The notes beneath the pieces are model-generated. The model was given only the letters and a program-made list of their open reading frames with translations, searched no databases and was not told the origin of the DNA. This document shows, in pieces, positions 18,734 to 26,901 of a stretch of 32,000 nt of DNA. The stretch's first letter is position 1, and each line of letters starts with the position of its first letter. The stretch is from positions 1-32,000 of the forward strand of contig JAFGBS010000033.1 of the NCBI GenBank assembly GCA_016933055.1. The letters are read 5' to 3'. This DNA comes from Promethearchaeota archaeon (lineage in GTDB: Archaea > Asgardarchaeota > Lokiarchaeia > Sigyniarchaeales > Promethearchaeaceae). Made by a program: the position numbers and the translations under genes.

Positions 18734-18979
18734 TTATTCCTCGCCACCCATGAAGTAATCCTCGAAAGCTCTTCGTTCTTCTTCAGATATGGCTTGTGAG
18801 TGTTTTCTTTCTTCAACTATTGCAGTCTTAGACCGGACACGATCTTTTTCTATTTTACTTTTAATTTTATAATCTGGATTTCCTTCTACTTTGAAAGTTT
18901 TTTTACAGACTCTACAATATAGTTCGTTTGAATTGCGTTTCGGTAATAATATCGATTCGCAATCGGGGCAAAATTGCAT
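18734..18979 (-). CDS. RpoM/TFS-like zinc-ribbon protein, N-terminal ribbon only
   Basis: MQFCPDCESILLP...LYCRVC is the typical N-terminal ribbon of TFS/Rpb9. The second ribbon is absent. Confidence 0.8.
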   Translation of the reverse strand: MQFCPDCESILLPKRNSNELYCRVCKKTFKVEGNPDYKIKSKIEKDRVRSKTAIVEERKHSQAISEEERRAFEDYFMGGEE

Positions 18980-19168
18980 TATATTCCTCTAGTATTTCGT
19001 TTTTTTTAGACAATCAAGTCAGTTGTTACATTTAAATCTATCCCTATGTCTGTGCTAATAAAAAGAGCAAAATCACAGATAAGATATTCGTAGTTACTCA
19101 TTCAGACCTTTTATCCCCTTAAACCTTTGATCCTTATCTTTAATAGCAAGATAATCTGATGAGTATAT

Positions 19169-19918
19169 ATGAGATGGGAAGATTTTCAAAAAAAATTTCG
19201 AGTGATGGTGATAGCTCATAGAGGTGCTTGTTATGAAGCTCCCGGAAATACCCTTCTTGCATTCGAAAAAGCAGTGGAAGCTGGTGCAGAAATGATTGAA
19301 TTTGATGTTCACAAAACATCAGATAATCATATTGTAGTCATCCATGATAAAACTACTAAACGCACTTCAGAAATTAATATCAATGTGCATAATTCCACTC
19401 TCCAAGAAGTAAAAGAAATTCCCTTGAAGCAGGATTTACGAATCCCAACATTAGAAGAAGTATTCAAGAAATTTAAGGGAAAATTATATTTTCAAATTGA
19501 AATAAAACAGAGAGAAATAGCACCACTGATATTATCTTTGATAGATCAATATGATGTACATGATCAATGTCTGATTTCTTCTTTCTGGCATAAAGAGCTT
19601 CATTATTTCAAAAAATCAGAAAAAAAACTCTTACTATCCTCTCTGGAACCTACGCTTATTCATTATCCAATTAGAAAATTGCTGCGTAAGTGGATGGTTC
19701 GTAATACTATTAACTCTGGATTTGACGGATTACATCCAAATTATGAATTGGTAACACCCGATTTGGTTTCTTATGCTCATTCCAACAACCTATATGTTCT
19801 ACCTTGGACTGCCGATCATTCCCAAGATTGGCAATACATGCTTGATTGCAATGTAGATGGAATAATGACGAATTATCCCCGAGAACTAGTTCATTTCCTC
19901 AGTAAACAAAACATTTAG
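19169..19918 (+). CDS. glpQ: Glycerophosphodiester phosphodiesterase (GDPD)
   Basis: IAHRGA, GNTLLAF, IEFDVHKTSD..IVVIHD, RIPTLEEV, IEIK, ISSF, WTAD, DGIMTNYP. No signal peptide, so probably cytoplasmic. Confidence 0.92.
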   Translation: MRWEDFQKKFRVMVIAHRGACYEAPGNTLLAFEKAVEAGAEMIEFDVHKTSDNHIVVIHDKTTKRTSEININVHNSTLQEVKEIPLKQDLRIPTLEEVFKKFKGKLYFQIEIKQREIAPLILSLIDQYDVHDQCLISSFWHKELHYFKKSEKKLLLSSLEPTLIHYPIRKLLRKWMVRNTINSGFDGLHPNYELVTPDLVSYAHSNNLYVLPWTADHSQDWQYMLDCNVDGIMTNYPRELVHFLSKQNI

Positions 19919-19943
19919 ATAAATTTAAGAAGGATATAGGATC

Positions 19944-20387
19944 ATGATAGAAGAAAAATCTCCAAAGAAATTGAAAGGATTTGCACGCACTATTGATGGG
20001 CAACTAGGGATTTTAAATGAATCCGAGTACTTCAAAAATAAATATGGAGATCTAAATCTTAGAATCTTATTAATTAACACCGATGAAAGATATGCAGCCT
20101 TAGTTTCCATTAATGACGCTATTGTTGATGTGGATGGCATAAAATTTGATCGAAAAGATCCCAATGAAATCAAGAAACTAATCAAGTCTACAGCATGGAA
20201 CGGCATGCTAAAAGTGGACACCGAGCAATTTTTTGCGATCGCAACAGGAAAAATGAGTACTGGGGGATTATTAAAATTGGTATTAAAAAGAAATTTACGT
20301 GGTATTAAACCAATGTTAAGTTTTTCCAAATTATTTGGAGTTATCGGCCACGAAATGAAGAAAAGAGCAAAAGAAGAAACATCATAA
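19944..20387 (+). CDS. SCP2 sterol/lipid-carrier-like domain protein
   Basis: C-terminal MLKVDTEQFFAIATGKMSTGGLLKLVLKRNLRG resembles the SCP2 pattern (l.....tf..l.tGkl....a...gkl...G). Lies 25 nt downstream of glpQ. Confidence 0.6.
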   Translation: MIEEKSPKKLKGFARTIDGQLGILNESEYFKNKYGDLNLRILLINTDERYAALVSINDAIVDVDGIKFDRKDPNEIKKLIKSTAWNGMLKVDTEQFFAIATGKMSTGGLLKLVLKRNLRGIKPMLSFSKLFGVIGHEMKKRAKEETS

Positions 20388-20402
20388 TAATTAATATAAT
20401 TA

Positions 20403-21017
20403 TTATATATATTCGATACTTTCTTGGTCATCCAATACTCCAGAATCCCTCAAAGTTATTGCTAGATCCTTTACCGCAGTCACTATATCCTTATTATTTT
20501 TTGCTCCAGTACAAATGATGTTCCCACTACTAAAAATGAGAAAACACACTTTGGGTTCCTCTACCTTATAAATTAGTCCTGGAAATACTTCTGGTTCATA
20601 TATCGTACGCTCTAAAGTCAGAGAAATCAAATCTAAATTAATTGGCATATGGAAACTGCCACTGGACACAATATTTTCTACCCTAATCTTGGGTTCTGCA
20701 TCTAATTCGATACACAATTCGATTAAGCGATTTCGTACTTTTGATACGATTAGAGGAATAGATTTTACACTTTTTGTGCCAGTAATAACCACTTTTCCCG
20801 ATCTAAAAAGCAAAATTGTTGACTTCGGTTTTTTAATCTTTATAACTAGTCCGGGGAAATTGGTTTTTTCTTCTACATCTGAGAAATGGCTTGTTAAAGT
20901 TTCTAATTCGATATATGATGCCAATCGTACGGAAGCCACGACATTTTCCACTTTTAGAGAGATTGATGGGGTTTTACTGGTTTCCTTGGGTAGATTTTTT
21001 TGAATTTGATTTATCAT
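20403..21017 (-). CDS. tbp: TATA-box binding protein (possibly a paralog)
   Basis: Two TBP repeats: VENVVAS...FPGL...LLFRSGKVVITG and VENIVSS...YEPEVFPGLIY...LIFSSGNIICTGAK. Confidence 0.93.
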   Translation of the reverse strand: MINQIQKNLPKETSKTPSISLKVENVVASVRLASYIELETLTSHFSDVEEKTNFPGLVIKIKKPKSTILLFRSGKVVITGTKSVKSIPLIVSKVRNRLIELCIELDAEPKIRVENIVSSGSFHMPINLDLISLTLERTIYEPEVFPGLIYKVEEPKVCFLIFSSGNIICTGAKNNKDIVTAVKDLAITLRDSGVLDDQESIEYI

Positions 21018-21029
21018 GGTTATTTTCCC

Positions 21030-22361
21030 TTATGATGATTCGTATAAAATAAAAGAATCTTGCTGATTCTTGAGTAATTTTAATTCTTGGCCGATTTCTG
21101 TTGCACAGCGAATTAAATCAACCTTGGATAATGATTCTGAGACCAATACTATGGAATCCACATCTTTGTGGATGAAAGATAAGCTTTTGATATATATGTT
21201 TAAAACATCAGTTCCAATGATGGTAGCAGTCTCAATCCGATTATTGTGAATTTTTTTGAGATATTCATTTGCTTTATAGTAATATTCCTTCATAATCATT
21301 CCGATTGTGAAGTTATAGTTGGTGGAACAATATTGATTGATAATTGATTGTTCGCGATTTAGGACAAGAGCTATGGTTTTATCAGACGCACCAATGACCC
21401 CTGATAAAATATGCTCTAATTGAATAGATAACGGTGAAACAATCCCAAGGATGTCTTGCATAGCCTTATAAAGAGTTGAGATACGTTCAGATTGAATAGA
21501 AGTAAAGTATACTTGAATATTGAATTGTGATTTAATTTTACCTGCAATCTCTTTGATAATACTCGCTACATGGGTACCTGGTATTAAATCGGATTTATGG
21601 CAAAATGCAAATACTTTACACTTCTCATTGTAGGACTTAGTTATTGCAATAATTCTCTCTAAATTATCTAGGATGATTTCAGGATAATTCCCCCAATATG
21701 GAAAATCAAAATTATAAATTACTACATCGGCAGATTCAAAAGCAATATCTTTTTCGAAACTTTCTTGTGATGATAGATAATGATTTAATTCTTGTCCCGA
21801 GCTATCCGCAATTCCCAGTTCCATATCCAGCCACTGGTATACATAATGAGAAAATCCACGTGTGGGTTCCAAACTGTGTTCCAGAAGTTCTTGGGAGTCT
21901 GCTCCCTCGAAAAATACTTTTTTTATGCTGGTTTTTCCACTTGAAGGAGGACCTATGATTAAGATCTTTTTCGTTAATCTTTTTTGATAAAAACGTTTTG
22001 CAAATTTGGTAAAATCTTTAATTCGATCTTCACGTTTTCCCGCTTCGAATTCCGATATGTGGTCCATCAATAATTTGCGTAATTGATACAAATTGACGTA
22101 TTTTTCTTCGTGTTGTTCAAGTACGAGCAAGATCATTTCATGTCCATATTGCGGAATATTCCGTTTGTTACAATAACTAAAAATGATATAATTCTTGTAC
22201 TTAATTTCCAATAGTTCTGGTTCCATTTCTGCACTAAATTGATGGGTCATGAGAATTTTGTTAATGATCTCATGCGAAATCAAAAAGTTGTGAGGATAGG
22301 TAGCATCTACAACACAACCAATACTATCATCCCAACCAACTAATAACAGACCCATAACCAT
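21030..22361 (-). CDS. Rag/Gtr-like small GTPase with N-terminal longin/uDENN-like and C-terminal Roadblock-like domains
   Basis: G1 GPPSSGKTS, G2 EPTRG, G3 DSSGQ, G4 HKSD and G5 TSI (HKxD/TSI typify the Rag family). N-terminal GLLLVGWDDSIG....TYP. About 130-aa C-terminal alpha/beta domain. Confidence 0.8.
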   Translation of the reverse strand: MVMGLLLVGWDDSIGCVVDATYPHNFLISHEIINKILMTHQFSAEMEPELLEIKYKNYIIFSYCNKRNIPQYGHEMILLVLEQHEEKYVNLYQLRKLLMDHISEFEAGKREDRIKDFTKFAKRFYQKRLTKKILIIGPPSSGKTSIKKVFFEGADSQELLEHSLEPTRGFSHYVYQWLDMELGIADSSGQELNHYLSSQESFEKDIAFESADVVIYNFDFPYWGNYPEIILDNLERIIAITKSYNEKCKVFAFCHKSDLIPGTHVASIIKEIAGKIKSQFNIQVYFTSIQSERISTLYKAMQDILGIVSPLSIQLEHILSGVIGASDKTIALVLNREQSIINQYCSTNYNFTIGMIMKEYYYKANEYLKKIHNNRIETATIIGTDVLNIYIKSLSFIHKDVDSIVLVSESLSKVDLIRCATEIGQELKLLKNQQDSFILYESS

Positions 22362-22538
22362 TGTTAGTTTTCACCTTTTCTTGGAGCTATATATTGGGAG
22401 ATTAAAAGGCTCAATTTCATCCGAATAGAATCTCTTAAAAATGAGGAATTTTGTCGGAGTTATATATCATTTGTGTTGTAAAACAGCCGACAAAAATTGT
22501 CGAAAAATTATAGAAATATTCCAATGCTAGTCATAACA

Positions 22539-23162
22539 TTATGAAGTCGGTACAAGTCGCTTCATCATATTGATCTTCATTTCAATAAATAATCCTCTTA
22601 CTCCTTCTGCAGATTTTGCAGATACTAAATGCACTTTGGAATCATGTCGTTGCTCAAGGGATGCAATTTGTTCTTTAAGATTAGATTCCTCTGAATCTAT
22701 CAAATCACTTTTATTACCTACTAATAAAAAGTCACTGTGTGGAGAGAAGGTTTTAAGATCATTCAACCACCCACTGATATCGTAGGGAGGTTTATTTAAG
22801 TCAAACACTGTCAAAGCCATAAAAGCGTGAGACATGTAATAATTCCGAATTTTTCTAAAAAAAGGTTGTCCCGCCAGATCCCACAGATATATCTTTGTAT
22901 CCTCATCAAATTGGTCATTTAACAGCGTAAATTCTTCATAGGTCAGATGCAAATTCTCAAGTATGTAGTTATCTTTTCCTTGTAAATCCACCATCTCGTA
23001 ATTCTCATCAATCTTCAAAGAAGTTGTGGTAAAATCTGCTCCGATTGTTGGGATATATTGTCCAGCAAAGGTGTTTTTTGTGTACCGCAAAATGATTGAG
23101 GTTTTTCCTACACTTAAATTTCCGATTACGATACATTTCAACATTATATTTGGATTGATCAT
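22539..23162 (-). CDS. Rab-like small GTPase with inter-switch insertion
   Basis: KCIVIGNLSVGKTS, YIPTIGADF, WDLAGQ, VGNKSD, VSAK. No C-terminal cysteine. Confidence 0.9.
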   Translation of the reverse strand: MINPNIMLKCIVIGNLSVGKTSIILRYTKNTFAGQYIPTIGADFTTTSLKIDENYEMVDLQGKDNYILENLHLTYEEFTLLNDQFDEDTKIYLWDLAGQPFFRKIRNYYMSHAFMALTVFDLNKPPYDISGWLNDLKTFSPHSDFLLVGNKSDLIDSEESNLKEQIASLEQRHDSKVHLVSAKSAEGVRGLFIEMKINMMKRLVPTS

Positions 23163-23174
23163 TTTATTTCACCA

Positions 23175-24686
23175 TTATACCATAGGAATTAAGGTAATTT
23201 TCGCAAGAGGCTGATCTTCATCCTCCATTTTCATCCACCATATTCCGGAATAGGGTTTAATACCGTAGAGGAAGATTACGTTATTTTTATAGATCATTTT
23301 AATATGGGTATTAAAAAAATATGAGATATTTTCGATAAACCTTTGTTGTGGAGTACTTATCGAGGTGTCATTTCCTGTTGTTAATCGATTCACGATTGCA
23401 ATTTCAATTGAATTATAATTTCGAACGAATTTAAGATGATTGTAAAATTCTGAGGATAAATCTGAGAACGATCTGTCCCTTAAATTTATGAAATCGTATC
23501 CCATTACTGATATTATAGGACTATAAGAAGAAGATTCTGCAAGTTCCACATAGGTAGCAGTAAACTGTCGTTTGAATTCCATCGGCTCAAAAGGAACTAC
23601 ATAAGGAAGTATATCGTATTTTTTATTGAGTTTCTCGTTCCCTACTGATTCAACTAAATATCGAATATATGCTCGAATACGATCCATTGGTAAATAGACG
23701 AAGATTTTATTTTTATCCACGAATCGAGAATTTATTCCTTCGGCAGTATAGATGATTGTTCCTATATTCTGAGTTACAAAATTACAGATTAAAGGCACTA
23801 TGATATGCGAAAATGCAGTTAGAGGAACATCCGATTCAATTTCCCATAAATTCAACGATTTTGCTTTTAAACCCCCGTGATACAGTTTATCTAGCTCTGG
23901 ATTTCCTGTAGAATATACACTATGGTTTCCAATCGGTTGAATTGCATCCCATTTTTTTACTTTTGAAGTTTCAAGAGCATTATTGTTATTAATTTCATAG
24001 TAGGGGGAGCAATACATAAACTCGTTATTGTTTAAAGTATAATTATAACGTTTTTGACGCCGTTCTATTCCTCGAATTTTATTTATCTCGATCTGCCGAT
24101 GTGTCCTTCCATCTAATTCAGAATCAGTCAGAGTCACAATTCCATCAAAAGTGTAATCTAGAAAACTGCTTATAGTGCGTTCACTTACCACAATCAATTT
24201 TAGATTCAGTTGTCGAACAACCTCAGTAAGTACGGTTTCCCATTCTTGTGATACATTTGCACATGTACCAATAATCGCGTCCCATGAATCAATAACAACA
24301 ATAGCATTTTCATATTCACTGATCTTGTCATACAAAATTTTCAAGAATTCGGGTGCATCTTTGAATTTTATTGTTCGAAGAAGATGTGTTTTTAACTCAT
24401 TGGGATTATCTACAGGAGGAAAATAAGTTCTTGTCGCATCTAATATGTTATTTTCTTTTAACACTTCTCGGATCCAAGGAAATTGGGCATACAAAGACTG
24501 CGGTGCAACGCGCGTAGATATATATATTGCTTCCATATTGCTGCGGAGGATGGATAAGATCGAAAGAGCGAGAGTAGTTTTCCCCGTTCCTGCTTCTCCC
24601 TTGATAAGTAAAGAATATCCTATTTCCCGCTGGGTTAAGGATTCATAGATTTCGATTGGGATATTATTTACTTTGTTTTCTGACAT
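23175..24686 (-). CDS. RecA-superfamily GvpD/KaiC-like ATPase; second ATPase domain degenerate
   Basis: SLLIKGEAGTGKTTLAL, YISTRV, VVIDSW, LDGRTHRQIEINKIRG, then STGNPELDKLYHGG without a second Walker A. Likely start is MSENK at 24686 rather than 24836. Confidence 0.8.
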   Translation of the reverse strand: MSENKVNNIPIEIYESLTQREIGYSLLIKGEAGTGKTTLALSILSILRSNMEAIYISTRVAPQSLYAQFPWIREVLKENNILDATRTYFPPVDNPNELKTHLLRTIKFKDAPEFLKILYDKISEYENAIVVIDSWDAIIGTCANVSQEWETVLTEVVRQLNLKLIVVSERTISSFLDYTFDGIVTLTDSELDGRTHRQIEINKIRGIERRQKRYNYTLNNNEFMYCSPYYEINNNNALETSKVKKWDAIQPIGNHSVYSTGNPELDKLYHGGLKAKSLNLWEIESDVPLTAFSHIIVPLICNFVTQNIGTIIYTAEGINSRFVDKNKIFVYLPMDRIRAYIRYLVESVGNEKLNKKYDILPYVVPFEPMEFKRQFTATYVELAESSSYSPIISVMGYDFINLRDRSFSDLSSEFYNHLKFVRNYNSIEIAIVNRLTTGNDTSISTPQQRFIENISYFFNTHIKMIYKNNVIFLYGIKPYSGIWWMKMEDEDQPLAKITLIPMV

Positions 24687-24933
24687 AGATAGTTCTTCCG
24701 CGTGAATTGCAGATTTTCTTAGGAAATAGATGAAAATGGAAATTCTATTGGGAAGAATCCATCTCAACCTAAATAGTTCTTCTTTCAGAAAAGCGGCAGA
24801 GAATAATTCTAAGAAAGATCGTTGAAAAGGTACCATTTACATGCCATATTGATATTACTGACGTATTATATTAACTTAAAAATATCGTTGGAAAGTTTCC
24901 AGAAGTTCAACTATATCATGAGTTTGATGCATA

Positions 24934-24958
24934 ACTATCAATAGATAGTATCAATAGA
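24934..24958. promoter_or_regulatory. Candidate operator: overlapping inverted and direct repeat
   Basis: ACTATC-AATA-GATAGT (24934-24949) and TATCAATAGA twice (24936, 24949), 24 nt before a small DNA-binding-like gene. Confidence 0.4.
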
Positions 24959-24982
24959 AACATAACAAAAAGGTGTTAAAGG

Positions 24983-25198
24983 ATGTCTAAAAATTTGAAT
25001 CTAAAGGTTTCCGAATCTCTGTTCTATGAGTTTCATCGAGTTAAAGCAAACTTAAAAGCGGGTACCAATCAAGATGCATTAATGAAAATGGTAGTAATAG
25101 CAGAGAAAACATTGCAGAACCTGAAAACAAAAAAAGAAAAAGATCAGTTCCTTCGTTCGTTATCCGAAGAATCTGAAATTTTAGAGATTCAAAACTAA
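24983..25198 (+). CDS. Small ribbon-helix-helix-like DNA-binding protein
   Basis: N-terminal alternating strand KNLNLKV, then two short helices (SESLFYEFHRVKANL; TNQDALMKMV). T-run after the stop codon. Confidence 0.55.
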   Translation: MSKNLNLKVSESLFYEFHRVKANLKAGTNQDALMKMVVIAEKTLQNLKTKKEKDQFLRSLSEESEILEIQN

Positions 25199-25208
25199 TC
25201 TTTTTTTC

Positions 25209-25613
25209 TCACTCTTTATTTTTCGCAGCCATCGAACGAGAAGCAATGACTGATATACCTAACTCCAATAAATTTGGAATTATAACATCCCCCATTTGAA
25301 CAGGCGCTTTCGCTGAAACATGATTTACAACCTTTATAGCATCGAATATTTTTTCTTTCGGAATTGCGACTTGTGATCTAACAGGAAGGACAGGGAGAAC
25401 TCCATTTTCAATTTTGATAGTGGTTATTAGCATTCTTTTAGGGTCCAGATACTCCTCTTTTCCATATTCTACTCCACGGGCACATCCGGCCCCCTCCACT
25501 TGTATTTCCCCTTGCTCGTCCTCAAACACCTGCAATTTGCACGAGTTTGGGCAAATCGTACAAATTATTTCTGGAACATCACCTTGCTTTGGTTTTTTAA
25601 ATTCTACTTCCAT
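25209..25613 (-). CDS. DUF1667 Fe-S/molybdopterin-oxidoreductase-like small subunit
   Basis: ICTICPNSC...GAGCARG..YG.EE..DP.R..TTI, PVRS...IPK. Likely start is MEVEF at 25613, 1 nt after the upstream stop. Confidence 0.85.
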   Translation of the reverse strand: MEVEFKKPKQGDVPEIICTICPNSCKLQVFEDEQGEIQVEGAGCARGVEYGKEEYLDPKRMLITTIKIENGVLPVLPVRSQVAIPKEKIFDAIKVVNHVSAKAPVQMGDVIIPNLLELGISVIASRSMAAKNKE

Positions 25614-25614
25614 T

Positions 25615-26901
25615 TTACGCTTCCTCTTTCGACTTTTTAAGATTTTTCTTAATATTGATGGTGATTTTTTCCCCAATTTCTTCCGGATTCAATTTAATTT
25701 TATAGATAAGCATTTCGCTGGGAATAATGTGCTTGGCTTTTCGCTTATCGAACACTTTTTCATTAGAAACAAATTCAATAATACAATTTTTATCGGGACT
25801 CTTTGGTCGGAAAGAAAATTGAACAATTTTCGAATCTTGTAGGTAATCTATTCGTTGGGGTACAATATAACCCACATTTTCTCCTGGAACCGTCAATATA
25901 GGTTCTAATAATTTTCCCCCACGGCTTGTGTTCGTACTATAAGCATAAGCATTTTCTCCTGCTCGTTCAGCTTCTAGTGTAACCCAATCTACTAAGTCAT
26001 GCACTTGTAATACATTACCACAAGCAAAAATCCCTGGTACCGTTGTTTCTAAATATTCATTCACAGTAGGACCATTAGTTATATCTAATTTGATACCTGC
26101 TTTTAATGATATCTCATTTTCTGGGATTAACCCTACAGAAAATAAAACCGTATCACATTCATATACCTTTTCTGTTCCCTTAATTGGCATCCAATTTTCA
26201 TCTACTTTAGATATTATCACGGATTTTACTCTTTCTTTACCTTTAATATCTGTGATAGTGTGGGACAAATAGAGGGGAATATCATAATCTTGAAGACATT
26301 GCACGAAATTACGGACCAGTCCAGAACAATATGGAAGAACTTCAGCTACAACCAGTACCTTAGCACCCTCTAAAACTAATCTTCGAGCCATAATAAGACC
26401 GATATCACCAGAACCCAAGATAACTACTCGTTTCCCAGGCATATATCCCTCCATGTTGATTAATCTTTGAGCTGTACCTGCAGTATAGATACCTGCTGGG
26501 CGCATGCCAGGGACATTAATAGCTCCTCTTGTACGTTCCCGACATCCCATTGCAAGGATAACTGCCTTTGCATGGATCTTAAGTATACCCCTTTCCGGAT
26601 TCATTGCAGTGATTATTTTATCAGCTGATAAATCTATTACCATGGAGTCGAGAAAAATTTGAACATTTGTTTCTTTCAATAAATCCATGAATCTTTGTGC
26701 GTATTCCGGACCAGTGAGCTCTTCTTTGAAATAAGTTAACCCGAATCCATTGTGAATACATTGCTGGAGGATCCCCCCTAATTCAAAATCTCGTTCAATA
26801 ATAGCGACTCGAGCCCCCCTTTTAGAAGCATTAAGAGCTGCCGCTAAACCTGCGGGGCCTCCCCCGATTATAGCTATATCAGTATCAATAATCTCACTCA
26901 T
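25615..26901 (-). CDS. NAD(P)/FAD-dependent oxidoreductase, partner subunit of G3P dehydrogenase-like complex
   Basis: IIGGGPAGLAAA, GGILQQCIHNGFG, LAMGCRERTRG, ILGSGDIGLIMARR, GIFACGNVLQVHDLVD. Confidence 0.88.
   Translation of the reverse strand: MSEIIDTDIAIIGGGPAGLAAALNASKRGARVAIIERDFELGGILQQCIHNGFGLTYFKEELTGPEYAQRFMDLLKETNVQIFLDSMVIDLSADKIITAMNPERGILKIHAKAVILAMGCRERTRGAINVPGMRPAGIYTAGTAQRLINMEGYMPGKRVVILGSGDIGLIMARRLVLEGAKVLVVAEVLPYCSGLVRNFVQCLQDYDIPLYLSHTITDIKGKERVKSVIISKVDENWMPIKGTEKVYECDTVLFSVGLIPENEISLKAGIKLDITNGPTVNEYLETTVPGIFACGNVLQVHDLVDWVTLEAERAGENAYAYSTNTSRGGKLLEPILTVPGENVGYIVPQRIDYLQDSKIVQFSFRPKSPDKNCIIEFVSNEKVFDKRKAKHIIPSEMLIYKIKLNPEEIGEKITINIKKNLKKSKEEA

Noticed and set aside
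20385-20405. Perfect 8-bp inverted repeat TAATAATT-N5-AATTATTA between convergent stops
   Set aside because: It is A/T only and low complexity, so likely by chance.
22899-23006. Intein or intron as explanation of the Rab insert
   Set aside because: No Cys/Ser...His-Asn intein termini, too short, in frame, and no evident bulge-helix-bulge pairing.
23175-24686. Gas vesicle system suggested by the GvpD-like ATPase
   Set aside because: No gvpA or other gvp-like ORFs are in the window, and the P-loop family is broader than gas vesicles.
24687-24836. 50-aa N-terminal extension of the ATPase in the ORF track
   Set aside because: It has no family-like content, and MSENK at 24686 gives the typical start position for this family. 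Likely an over-extended call.
25614-25676. N-terminal extension of DUF1667 overlapping the upstream gene
   Set aside because: ATG at 25613 sits 1 nt after the upstream stop, the expected coupled start.
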